Positions 1 to 8,200 of a stretch of DNA of 32,000 nt are shown here, piece by piece (positions within the stretch are counted from its first letter, which is position 1; each line of letters starts with the position of its first letter). The position numbers were made by a program, and so were the translations under genes. The stretch comes from Nostoc punctiforme PCC 73102. Its GTDB lineage: Bacteria; Cyanobacteriota; Cyanobacteriia; Cyanobacteriales; Nostocaceae. Where the stretch lies: contig NC_010628.1 of assembly GCF_000020025.1 (NCBI RefSeq), forward strand, positions 5,820,001 to 5,852,000, in the 5' to 3' direction. The notes beneath the pieces are model-generated. The model was not told the DNA's origin. It saw only the letters and a list, made by a program, of their open reading frames with translations, and ran no database searches.

Positions 1-1331
1 GCTCTTTTGTAATGATATGATTCTGATAAAGCCAGATCCAATTGTTCGGCAATAATTTCTGGGCTTTCTTTTGCCGAATCTAGTAATAGAATATAGTGTG
101 GAGGATCGGCAGTGGGCATCAAAGTTTTAAAATTAGTTTCTTGCAAGTTCAACATAGTCAGAGCATTATTTACAAAAGTTTCTTGCAACTTTTCGCCCAC
201 CAAATCACTAATAGCTTGATGTCGTCCGATAAACTCTAAGCAGGCAGTGTGGCGATAGTAATGAGTTACCCGGATGCGATCGCCAATTCGATAACGATAC
301 AATCCGCCTTTCTGCGATAAAATGATCGTGTATTCCTTGCCAATGTTGAGTTCATGTAAACCATGCAGGGAACCAGTATCATCCTCGAACTCGAAAAATA
401 CTTCATCGAGAACTGGCACACATCCCCCAGCGACAATCAAGGGAATCGTCATTGGGGCTTCGGTTGCTAGTAGTCCTTTACCTTGAATTAATACACCTGG
501 AAATTGCGATCTTAATCCTTGCGCTTGATCTGCTGCATTGGCACTATCCCAGCAAGAAATCAGCTTCAAATTTGGCCAAAGTTGCATCCAGGAAATATTG
601 CTTTCGCCCAGGTATTGCAAGCGATGATCTGAAATCCGATTGTGTAATTCTGTTCGCAATAAATCCTGATTTTCTTGAATATATTTTAAATGTACTTGGA
701 GAAAGCTAGGGCTCCAAATAGAAATAATTTCTAATTTTTCAGCCTCTAATAATGCCAAAGCCAGTTGATGTTTAAACAAGTTCGCGTCATGCAGCCGATT
801 AAGTTTATTTGGCATCACCAACCAAGGACGCAAAAACCAACGCAACCAGCCATCTAAGTAATCTAAATCATCCTGTAAATTTTGGCTATCAGCTAAATTT
901 AATTGCGGCGAGATACAAGCATAAAGTTTGCCTGTGGAAAATTTCGGCCCATGTACAATCAAATCATGCGCCCATACACAAAACATCTGATTAAACGATC
1001 GCCGCAAAGATTGAGTATAAGGAATCCATTTTACTGCCCCACTACTGCCAGAGGTTTTTTCATAGAATAAAATGGGTTCGGGAGTGAGGGAAATTTGCTG
1101 CTGTTTCTGATTTAACCAGGGTTCGAGCGCATCATAATCTACAGTTGGCACACGCTGCCAATCATCTACAGAATGAATCCCCAAAGTTTTACCATACTCA
1201 CTCTTGATTAGGCGATCGCAAATTTCCTTCTGTACAGATGTCTGCATTAACTCTGGGTTATCCAAAGCTTGATAAAATCGCCTCGCCGTTGGCGCGAGGA
1301 TTTGCCCAAAAAGCTGAATAATCGGACGCAT
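1..1331 (-). CDS. GH3-family adenylate-forming acyl-acid amido synthetase (3'-partial, continues beyond window start)
   Basis: This ORF is absent from the supplied track because it is open to the window edge. I translated the minus strand by hand from the ATG at 1331..1329: MRPIIQLFGQILAPTARRFYQALDNPELMQ...FYEKTSGSSGAVKWIPYT...GGLYRYRIGDRIRVTHYY..., with no stop before position 1. The TSGSSG nucleotide loop and YRYRxGD are GH3-family signatures. The ATG overlaps the TAA of the upstream ORF (TAATG). Confidence 0.8.
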   Translation of the reverse strand, partial: MRPIIQLFGQILAPTARRFYQALDNPELMQTSVQKEICDRLIKSEYGKTLGIHSVDDWQRVPTVDYDALEPWLNQKQQQISLTPEPILFYEKTSGSSGAVKWIPYTQSLRRSFNQMFCVWAHDLIVHGPKFSTGKLYACISPQLNLADSQNLQDDLDYLDGWLRWFLRPWLVMPNKLNRLHDANLFKHQLALALLEAEKLEIISIWSPSFLQVHLKYIQENQDLLRTELHNRISDHRLQYLGESNISWMQLWPNLKLISCWDSANAADQAQGLRSQFPGVLIQGKGLLATEAPMTIPLIVAGGCVPVLDEVFFEFEDDTGSLHGLHELNIGKEYTIILSQKGGLYRYRIGDRIRVTHYYRHTACLEFIGRHQAISDLVGEKLQETFVNNALTMLNLQETNFKTLMPTADPPHYILLLDSAKESPEIIAEQLDLALSESYHYKR

Positions 1332-1939
1332 TATTGCACCTTTTGATTAGGATAAAGATTGGTGGCTGCTGGTAAATAAGAACCATCATCAATGACTACA
1401 CCAGCAGCAAGATTAGATCCAGCTCCCACAAAAACATTGCTGCCAATCTTGACATTTTTGACATACAACATTAAATTTTGCTTGCGGGGTTTAATGATGT
1501 GAGAATAGATACCTACACCATGCCCAATAACGACGCGATCGCCAATTTCTAACAAACTGCGATCGGCAATCTCCAATCTTGTTGTCCAGTATACATCTCG
1601 CCCCACTTTAGCACCCCACAATCGCAACCAGCATGAAAACGCCCCCGGAATCAGTCGCAGCACTGCTTCCAACACCGGAATTGCAATATAAATTACCTGG
1701 ATTTGATGACTACCCCACCAGGGACTATATTCCTTACCTTGTAGATAACTAATGCCCTCCCGCACAGGATAAACCCGTTCATGCAAGCGGTAAACTAGCA
1801 CTGGTAGCCCATAAATAGAAAGGAACACCCCCAGAATGCTGAAGATGTTGGGTGAATAGGCGAGGTAGACTATTGCTGCCCCAGTTAGCAATAATATAAA
1901 GGTGGGAAATAACGAAAGAATTTTACTTAGAACTGTCAT
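1331..1939 (-). CDS. Membrane-anchored hexapeptide-repeat (left-handed beta-helix) acyltransferase
   Basis: 202-aa ORF. The N-terminus has hydrophobic helices (LFPTFILLLTGAAIVYLAY, IFSILGVFLSIYGLPVLVY). Hexapeptide-like repeats follow (IGDRVVIGHGVGIYSHI, VKIGSNVFVGAGSNLAAGVVIDDGSYL). An ATGA start/stop overlap with the upstream ORF suggests translational coupling. Confidence 0.75.
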   Translation of the reverse strand: MTVLSKILSLFPTFILLLTGAAIVYLAYSPNIFSILGVFLSIYGLPVLVYRLHERVYPVREGISYLQGKEYSPWWGSHQIQVIYIAIPVLEAVLRLIPGAFSCWLRLWGAKVGRDVYWTTRLEIADRSLLEIGDRVVIGHGVGIYSHIIKPRKQNLMLYVKNVKIGSNVFVGAGSNLAAGVVIDDGSYLPAATNLYPNQKVQ

Positions 1940-2688
1940 GAAAATGGAAACAAAAGTTTTTGAAACAAGTTTAATGAGCTAGGAATTCCGATTATAGACG
2001 GCACTTTTTTGCTTTCATAATATGTTCCATGTAACTTATCCCAAATTTTCAGATTAGCCCCATAGTTATAATTATGTATTTCCCGACAATGATGCCAAGC
2101 ATGATCCTGTGGTAAGATTAACCAAGAACATAAAAATTGATAAAGCCAACTACTTTCAGGAATTATCAAGCTGCTATGTCGCCATAAATCTAAGGCAGAA
2201 GTTAGACTTACTCCAAGTAAATAACCTGTTGGATCGGCTAACAGATACAAAAATAAAGTGTGTATCCATAAATAAATAATTAATAAGCTCGTCCAAAGTG
2301 TGTTACGAGAAGTTCCTAAGACATCCATCTGAGTAACAGTATGATGAACTTGATGAACTTTCCACAATAATTTAGTATGTAATAAACGATGATTCCAATA
2401 ATATAAATAGTCAACTATAACAAAACTGATAACAAAAGTCGTAACTAATGATACTTTTAAATATCCTTGTTGAGCGGGTAGTAAATATTGATAAAGCCAA
2501 TAAACTAAACTAGCTTGTAGTAAAGGAATCAATATTCCTTGAATGGTTAATCCTGTAACATCTAGCAACCAATCTTCACGACTTTTAACTTTGAGTTGAG
2601 TTCGTCTAACCTGATTGGTAATAGTCCAACCAATTAATCCGAGAAAAGAGCCAAAAATTAGTAATTGTGAAAAGTTTTGTATTCCCAC
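1936..2688 (-). CDS. Fatty acid hydroxylase / sterol desaturase superfamily membrane diiron enzyme
   Basis: 250-aa polytopic ORF with three histidine boxes, HRLLH, HQVHH and HAWHH, in the canonical order. The start codon is GTG (reverse complement of cac at 2686-2688). Confidence 0.8.
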   Translation of the reverse strand: MGIQNFSQLLIFGSFLGLIGWTITNQVRRTQLKVKSREDWLLDVTGLTIQGILIPLLQASLVYWLYQYLLPAQQGYLKVSLVTTFVISFVIVDYLYYWNHRLLHTKLLWKVHQVHHTVTQMDVLGTSRNTLWTSLLIIYLWIHTLFLYLLADPTGYLLGVSLTSALDLWRHSSLIIPESSWLYQFLCSWLILPQDHAWHHCREIHNYNYGANLKIWDKLHGTYYESKKVPSIIGIPSSLNLFQKLLFPFS

Positions 2689-2716
2689 TTATGATTACAC
2701 ACACTTGATTTTAATC

Positions 2717-2749
2717 AATTACGAATTACGAATTACGAATTACGAATTA
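2717..2749. repeat. Heptamer tandem repeat (AATTACG x ~4.7), STRR-like
   Basis: Direct reading gives aattacg aattacg aattacg aattacg aatta. It lies in the 64-bp spacer between the Rieske gene and the hydroxylase gene. Short tandemly repeated heptamers are typical of heterocystous cyanobacteria. Confidence 0.9.
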
Positions 2750-2752
2750 TTT

Positions 2753-3775
2753 TCAGACCCAAAATGTAACTTTTACTGATTGATTTGGCAATAAACGCGG
2801 ATCTTCTCCACGAGATATAGCTGCCATAATTGACTCTACAAATATATGAATTGTGTCCGCAGGCGTATTATAAAATTGTGTCCCGTATTTAGCGATCGCT
2901 TCCCCCTGAATACCCAAAATTTCCACGTCTTGGCGGATAATATGTTGAGCAGTCCACCGCACAAAGGGACGCGCTAATTTATTCCAGATACCGTAGTTAT
3001 AGGTGACATCTGTGTAAACCAGAGTTGAATTATCAGTTTCTGGAATAGATTGACTGGTAATAAATAAATGACGATTGCGTGCCATTTTATACTCTACAGA
3101 AGTAATGTTTGGCATATAAAAGCGATCGCTATGTTTAATCTCTGCACTCTGTAAATTCAGAAAACGGCTGTACCATCCCAAATTACTGTTTTCGTTGCGA
3201 TACTCCACCAAAACCGAACCATTCCACCGTTCAACAGTCATCTCTAACTTTTGTTGGCGGGAAGTACGGAAAACACCAGGATGAACAAAAGCCGTATGGG
3301 GAATATCAATAAAGTTCTCCGCACAATTAGTAACATTGTTAGCAAAACGGTTAATTACCCGTACCGTCTCCCATCCTGTTTGTCCGTAGTGAGGCATAGA
3401 AAAGGGTTCAAAATCAACGCTTGGTGTATCGGCTAACCGCACATAAACATAGCCATCTTGTTCCTTGGTAGCGTAACACTTGGCTCGACGCTGCGGGGAA
3501 GGTTTGAAGTCATTTCCTTCGGCTGGAACAGCAATAACGTTTCCAACCCCGTCATATACCCAACCATGATAGGGACATTGTAAAGCACCGTTACAGATTT
3601 TACCTGATGATAGACGGCTATTGCGGTGTAAACAGCGATCGCGCAAAGCTACGGGTTGTCCATCTTCACCGCGAAATATCGCTAACCATTCTCCTAAAAC
3701 GGTGCGTGGTAATACCTTGTTAGGTTGTAGTTGGTTGCTAAGTGCGACAATATACCAAAAGTCTGCGAATTGCAT
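2753..3775 (-). CDS. Rieske [2Fe-2S] non-heme iron oxygenase, alpha-subunit type
   Basis: 340 aa. The Rieske motif is CLHRNSRLSSGKICNGALQCPYHGW (CxH...CxxH). The mononuclear iron motif is ENFIDIPHTAFVH (D-x2-H-x4-H). Confidence 0.85.
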   Translation of the reverse strand: MQFADFWYIVALSNQLQPNKVLPRTVLGEWLAIFRGEDGQPVALRDRCLHRNSRLSSGKICNGALQCPYHGWVYDGVGNVIAVPAEGNDFKPSPQRRAKCYATKEQDGYVYVRLADTPSVDFEPFSMPHYGQTGWETVRVINRFANNVTNCAENFIDIPHTAFVHPGVFRTSRQQKLEMTVERWNGSVLVEYRNENSNLGWYSRFLNLQSAEIKHSDRFYMPNITSVEYKMARNRHLFITSQSIPETDNSTLVYTDVTYNYGIWNKLARPFVRWTAQHIIRQDVEILGIQGEAIAKYGTQFYNTPADTIHIFVESIMAAISRGEDPRLLPNQSVKVTFWV

Positions 3776-3918
3776 AGTGGGTGAGAGCGATCATTTCTAG
3801 ATAAGGCTACAGGTTTAGCATAAAGTAATCCTAAAGTTTGCCGTCCGATTTATGATACAGATGTGTTATGCTGACCAATTCTCTGAATCAGGATATCAAA
3901 CTGAAACAGTCAGTCTAA

Positions 3919-4830
3919 GAGGGTGTTTGAAAAGTTTTTAGATGTTAAAGATTATGCTAATCGCCTAACCATAATCCGGATCATGGCAAGATAAATAAAA
4001 GTCTCGGATGTTTCAGGCAATAGCTCATAGTCTCTAACCAATCGCCGACATCCCATTAACCAACCAAAAGTACGTTCAACAACCCAACGTTTTTTGAGCA
4101 AAACAAAGCCCTTGGCTGGTTCTGGTCGCAAAACCACCTGCACAATCCAACGGCAAAAATTCATCACCCATTGCATAAACGAATCGCCATCAAAGCCGCC
4201 ATCAACCCAAATAGTTGTCAAGCGAGATATATTTTGTTTGGAGTGTTTGACCCGTTTGAGAACTTGTTTGCCCCCAGAACGCTCACCAACATTGGCTGCT
4301 GTTACCAAGACTTGTAGCACCAATCCCAAGGTATCAACCGTTATAAATCGCTTACGTCCTTTAATATTCTTTGCACCATCAAAACCAACGGATTGATTAA
4401 CCATCGCTGCACTTTTAACACTTTGACTGTCGATGATCGCTTCAGATGGGCTTGGGTGACGTTGATTTTCAATCCGAATCCATTCCCTGAGACGGTCATG
4501 AATTTTCACCCAAGTTCCGTCTTTACGCCAATTGCGAAAATATCTATAGACTGTCTGCCAAGCGGGAAAATCTCCTGGTAGCGATCGCCATCTCACTCCT
4601 TCTACCAGAATGTAGAAAATCGCATTGAGAACTTCCCACATATCGACTTCACGCTTACGACCACCCGGTTTCGCTTCTGGAATTAGGTCACTCATAAACT
4701 CATATTGTGCCAGGGTCAGGTTACTGGGGTATGCTTTACCCATATTCCTCTCTCGGTGCTGTTTACTATCTATTCACAGCCTATACCGAGAGAGCTTTTT
4801 TACAACTTTTCCGACTTTTCAAACATCCTC
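3919..4830 (-). mobile_element. IS5-family insertion sequence (IS1031/IS427-like size, ~912 bp) with terminal IRs and a TAA target duplication
   Basis: The left IR is gagggtgtttgaaaagt (3919-3935). The right IR is acttttcaaacatcctc (4814-4830), and the two match 16/17 as reverse complements. Flanking taa triplets sit at 3916-3918 and 4831-4833. The element encloses a single DDE transposase ORF. Confidence 0.8.
3952..4743 (-). CDS. IS5-family DDE transposase
   Basis: 263 aa. The N-terminus LTLAQYEFMSDLIPEAKPGGRKREVDMWEVLNAIFYILVEGVRWRSLP is typical of IS5-family transposases. The DDE context is IIDSQSV, WVDGGFDG and VVERTFGW. Confidence 0.85.
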   Translation of the reverse strand: MGKAYPSNLTLAQYEFMSDLIPEAKPGGRKREVDMWEVLNAIFYILVEGVRWRSLPGDFPAWQTVYRYFRNWRKDGTWVKIHDRLREWIRIENQRHPSPSEAIIDSQSVKSAAMVNQSVGFDGAKNIKGRKRFITVDTLGLVLQVLVTAANVGERSGGKQVLKRVKHSKQNISRLTTIWVDGGFDGDSFMQWVMNFCRWIVQVVLRPEPAKGFVLLKKRWVVERTFGWLMGCRRLVRDYELLPETSETFIYLAMIRIMVRRLA

Positions 4831-4952
4831 TAAATAATTATTCCATACCACTCTCAGTTAGCTGTTTTATCAAATAGAATTTGCTATTAACCTTATTCTG
4901 AAAGCAAGTAAATATACCTAAGTTAAAAGATATTGTTCCTCTGGGACTTATT

Positions 4953-6587
4953 GTGGTGTCTATTGTTGTGGGTGCAGGCTATTGGTTCAGTCAAAAACAT
5001 CAGCTTGAATCCTTTGTACAACAAATAGACTCGATCAAAATCAATCAGAATAAACCGATTGAGCCTAAAGACTATATTGCGATGAGGCGTGATATTCTTA
5101 CTTTACAGAACACGTTTAACAGTTCTGTATTTCAATTAGTTAGTGGCTTGCTTTTTTTCGTAACTGCATATACAGCATGGCTCAATCTAGTAGCTTCAGA
5201 AAAAAAACAGATAGCCGAAAGATTTGCTAAGGCCGTCGATCAGCTAGGCAGTAATGAATTAGGTGTTAGAGTGGGTGGAATTTTCGCACTCGAACAAATT
5301 GCTCGGAGTTCTCCAGAAGAACACTGGACAGTAATAGAAGTTCTAACATCTTATATTAGAGATCAATCACTGAAAGGAAAATCAGTATTTAAACCAGAAC
5401 CTGAAGTAGAGGAGAATCAATCAGGAGAATCTACATATCAATCAATTTTGAAAAAAATTAGAACAGAGCAGTCAATTTCAGTAACAACTGACATTCAAGC
5501 AGCATTAACAGTAATTTGTAGACGTAATAACAAGCAAGATCCGAGAGATATAGTTATAGACCTTAGCTTTTGTGATATTAGAGGTGCGGATCTAAAAAAG
5601 GCTAAACTCAGGAACGCTGATTTGAGAGGAGCTAAAATTTCAGGCGTTAATTTAGAAAATGCAAATCTTTCAAGTGCAAATTTACAAGGAACAGATTTTA
5701 CAAGATCGGTTCTTAAAGGAGCAAGGTTAAATAAATCCAAGTTAAACAATGCTTTACTTAATGAATCTTATCTAGAAAAAACAGATTTACAGGATTCAGA
5801 CCTAACTAGTGCCAATCTCAAATATGCCAATCTCAAGTATGCAAAACTCAATCGTGCAAAGCTTAAGCTTGCCATTCTTGTAAAAGCTGAATTACAAGGT
5901 GCTAACCTGAGTCAAGCTGAACTAAAACGTACAAATTTAAGAGATGCTATAATCGACGACGGTACTAAGCTTGATGAAAAATGGAAGCGAGTACATCAGG
6001 TAAACATGGGTGCAGGCAGAGGTAAAAATTTTGATGAATTTGATTTCAGCGAAGCAATATTAACCAATGCTGATTTTGAAGGATCTAGTTTAAAAAATTC
6101 TATTTTTAGCGGGGCAGATATTGGCGGAGCAAATTTTAGAAATGCTGATCTAGAGGGCGCTGCTTTTCGCAAAATAGGTCTGATGACTAGTCTTGATATG
6201 GCTGATTTTGGTGATGCTTATCTTAAAGGAGCGATTTTTGAAGAAGCTAGTCTCAAATGTACTAATTTCAGTGGAAAAAATAGAATAACAGATATGAGTG
6301 GAGTAGTTTTTCGAGAGGTTAATCTTGCAAGTGCTATTTTTGAGAATGTCCTTCTTAAAAAAGCAAAATTTTTTAGATCAATCCTCCAGGATACAAATTT
6401 CCGCCGTTCTAATCTCAAGGAAGCAGAATTTGACAATTGCTATTCCTATACTAACGACACTAGCTTTGAAGAAGCCAATCTTGATAAGGCTATATTTATA
6501 GGTTCTCTAGGAAGTGCAAATTTTCGCAATTCAAGTCATCAAAAGGCTAATTTCCAAGGTGCTGATAAATCATCAGCTCAGTTTTAA
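4953..6587 (+). CDS. Pentapeptide-repeat protein with N-terminal membrane segment
   Basis: 544 aa. It has long runs of A(D/N)LxG-type pentapeptides (ADLRGAKISGVNLENANLSSANLQGTDFTRS...). The start is uncertain: GTG at 4953 is the first canonical start after an in-frame TGA at 4899, and there is no nearby ATG. Confidence 0.8.
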   Translation: MVSIVVGAGYWFSQKHQLESFVQQIDSIKINQNKPIEPKDYIAMRRDILTLQNTFNSSVFQLVSGLLFFVTAYTAWLNLVASEKKQIAERFAKAVDQLGSNELGVRVGGIFALEQIARSSPEEHWTVIEVLTSYIRDQSLKGKSVFKPEPEVEENQSGESTYQSILKKIRTEQSISVTTDIQAALTVICRRNNKQDPRDIVIDLSFCDIRGADLKKAKLRNADLRGAKISGVNLENANLSSANLQGTDFTRSVLKGARLNKSKLNNALLNESYLEKTDLQDSDLTSANLKYANLKYAKLNRAKLKLAILVKAELQGANLSQAELKRTNLRDAIIDDGTKLDEKWKRVHQVNMGAGRGKNFDEFDFSEAILTNADFEGSSLKNSIFSGADIGGANFRNADLEGAAFRKIGLMTSLDMADFGDAYLKGAIFEEASLKCTNFSGKNRITDMSGVVFREVNLASAIFENVLLKKAKFFRSILQDTNFRRSNLKEAEFDNCYSYTNDTSFEEANLDKAIFIGSLGSANFRNSSHQKANFQGADKSSAQF

Positions 6588-6646
6588 TAGAGCAATAGGC
6601 TTGGTGATGGGTAGGATATATAAAAACATTGGAGTATTAACCAAAT

Positions 6647-6946
6647 TTATTGTTCTAGTGTCTGAATTGCGATATTAGCTGTTAGGTCTAACTGGCAGGC
6701 TAATCGTGTATTGGGATTTTTGGGTGCTAATGTCTCTAACATTTCCTGTTCATCAAGTTGGGGAGGAGGAATATTACCAATAATTTCAACCAAACAAGTG
6801 CCACAAATTCCAGTCCGGCAACCAAACAAAACAGGTGAATTCTGAATCGTGAGATGTTCAGACAAATTTTCATGACATTCCAGAGTGATAGGGACAAAAT
6901 TGCTACCTGGAAAGGATATCTTACAGAAGTCAGCCATAATACGCAA
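6647..6946 (-). CDS. Plant-type [2Fe-2S] ferredoxin
   Basis: 99 aa. The cluster motif is CRTGICGTC (C-x4-C-x2-C) plus the distal Cys in RLACQ. The true start may be the internal MADF. Confidence 0.8.
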   Translation of the reverse strand: MRIMADFCKISFPGSNFVPITLECHENLSEHLTIQNSPVLFGCRTGICGTCLVEIIGNIPPPQLDEQEMLETLAPKNPNTRLACQLDLTANIAIQTLEQ

Positions 6947-6955
6947 TAATTTTAC

Positions 6956-8161
6956 CTAAACAACACTTTTCCATTCCTCTCTCTGGCTCTGCGTCTCTGC
7001 GTGAGATAAAATCAAATCCTCTTTATATTCAAAACCTTGAAAAGCTCTTTTTTGAGTCGCCAAATATCGAGAAATTGAATTAGTAGCCATCAGCGACATA
7101 TCCCGATTACGTTGCCAAAGATAATCGAGCTTTTCAATATACACTTGATAAGATTTCATCGCCTCCTGATGAGTTGAAAAACTGTACTGTAATCCTTCCG
7201 ACTCCTCAGTAAAACAACGCCGCATCATTTCTTTAGCATCCATGTCATTCATCTCAAAAATAGGCGATCGCAACACCCGATAAATATTGTGATACAACGC
7301 CGGATCGTACCAGAATATCCCGTTAATCGCCGCAGAAAAATGAAAATGATCGCGCTGACATCCCAGCAATCCTAAATTAGCTACCAGTCGCTCAAAAGCA
7401 GTTGGTGGCTTAAGACAAGTGACAACATCGTGAGATATAATTGTCGAACTATTGAAGTGAAAGCTTTCATCCATAAAGTGATAATAGGAGACTTTAGCAG
7501 GAATTGGAGCAGCTTCAGGATGGGGATGTTTTTGATAATAATTGCTGAGTTTGTGCTGTACTAATTTGCCGTTTAGTGTTCGCACTCCCCTGACAGTGAA
7601 ATACTGACAAGCCAAAAAAGTATTATTCGCAGAAATCAGCCCAAAGTATTGAAGTTGAATTTTTTTCCACCAATTTTTCAGAGCATTGGTGTCAGCATAA
7701 ACCATAGTTTCTGTAAAGGGGCCGCGCATGGGGTAGGTAAAGATAAGTTCCCCAAACAACACTTGTTCAACCTGTTTGGCAATTGTGCGGAAAGCGTTAA
7801 TGTGCGATCGCTCTTGGGCGGATTCTAAATCTAAGGTATCGCAGATTAAGCGGAAATCTTCTTGAGCGTAAAGTCCGGCTGCACTGGTTTGATTGAAAAA
7901 GATAGTGGCAATTTCAGCAGAAACAATTTGTGAGTAGTAAGCTACCCAGTAAAGTTGGTTCAAAATTACACGCTGATGTTGACTGGACTGTTCCCATAAA
8001 GGTGTACCATATAGCAGGGAAAATTCCTCTGGATTCCAATACTCGTTTTGACAACCTTCATAGCGAAAATTGCTAACTGCTTCATCCATTAAAGCAGTAT
8101 GATCTTGCTGTTTGTTGCGGGTGTGGTTAATTTGTAATTTGCGATGAATAGTTTTTTCCAT
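6956..8161 (-). CDS. Soluble diiron-carboxylate protein, AurF/CylC-like (oxygenase or halogenase candidate)
   Basis: 401 aa. Candidate ligand helices are VSAEIATIFF, ESAQERSHINAF (ExxH) and FMDESFHFNSS (ExxH). The family assignment comes from motif pattern only. The 3' end (SHAETQSQRE) is built from a dispersed repeat. Confidence 0.5.
   Translation of the reverse strand: MEKTIHRKLQINHTRNKQQDHTALMDEAVSNFRYEGCQNEYWNPEEFSLLYGTPLWEQSSQHQRVILNQLYWVAYYSQIVSAEIATIFFNQTSAAGLYAQEDFRLICDTLDLESAQERSHINAFRTIAKQVEQVLFGELIFTYPMRGPFTETMVYADTNALKNWWKKIQLQYFGLISANNTFLACQYFTVRGVRTLNGKLVQHKLSNYYQKHPHPEAAPIPAKVSYYHFMDESFHFNSSTIISHDVVTCLKPPTAFERLVANLGLLGCQRDHFHFSAAINGIFWYDPALYHNIYRVLRSPIFEMNDMDAKEMMRRCFTEESEGLQYSFSTHQEAMKSYQVYIEKLDYLWQRNRDMSLMATNSISRYLATQKRAFQGFEYKEDLILSHAETQSQREEWKSVV
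6981..7016. repeat. Dispersed short repeat, core CTCTGCGTGAGATAA (copy A, inside the 3' end of a CDS)
   Basis: The sequence ctctggctctgcgtctctgcgtgagataaaatcaaa has its core at 6995-7009. Related copies lie at 14239-14253 (same orientation) and 8170-8184 (inverted, 14/15). Confidence 0.6.
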
Positions 8162-8169
8162 ATCCGTTT

Positions 8170-8184
8170 TTATTTCACGCAGAG
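8170..8184. repeat. Dispersed short repeat, inverted copy (copy C)
   Basis: ttatttcacgcagag is the reverse complement of ctctgcgtgaaataa, a 14/15 match to the core. It lies in the 39-bp spacer between the two diiron genes. Confidence 0.5.
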
Positions 8185-8200
8185 ATAAGACTGATATTTA

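Noticed and set aside
452-994. Plus-strand ORFs 452..709 and 809..994 from the track
   Set aside because: They lie antisense inside the long, motif-supported GH3-family reading frame on the minus strand. Their low-complexity translations carry no motifs, so I treat them as shadow ORFs.
2717-2749. The tandem heptamer repeat considered as a CRISPR or regulatory array
   Set aside because: The unit is only 7 nt with no spacers. It fits the STRR-type microsatellites common in Nostocales. No CRISPR array is visible anywhere in the window.
3251-4837. Short ORFs 3251..3436, 4094..4396, 4393..4581 and 4625..4837
   Set aside because: All are antisense to, or overlap, the well-supported Rieske and IS5 transposase ORFs. 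They have no start context or motifs.
5560-6560. DNA-level periodicity in the pentapeptide-repeat gene considered as a non-coding tandem repeat
   Set aside because: The periodicity is explained by the protein-level A(D/N)LxG pentapeptide repeat. The reading frame is intact throughout.
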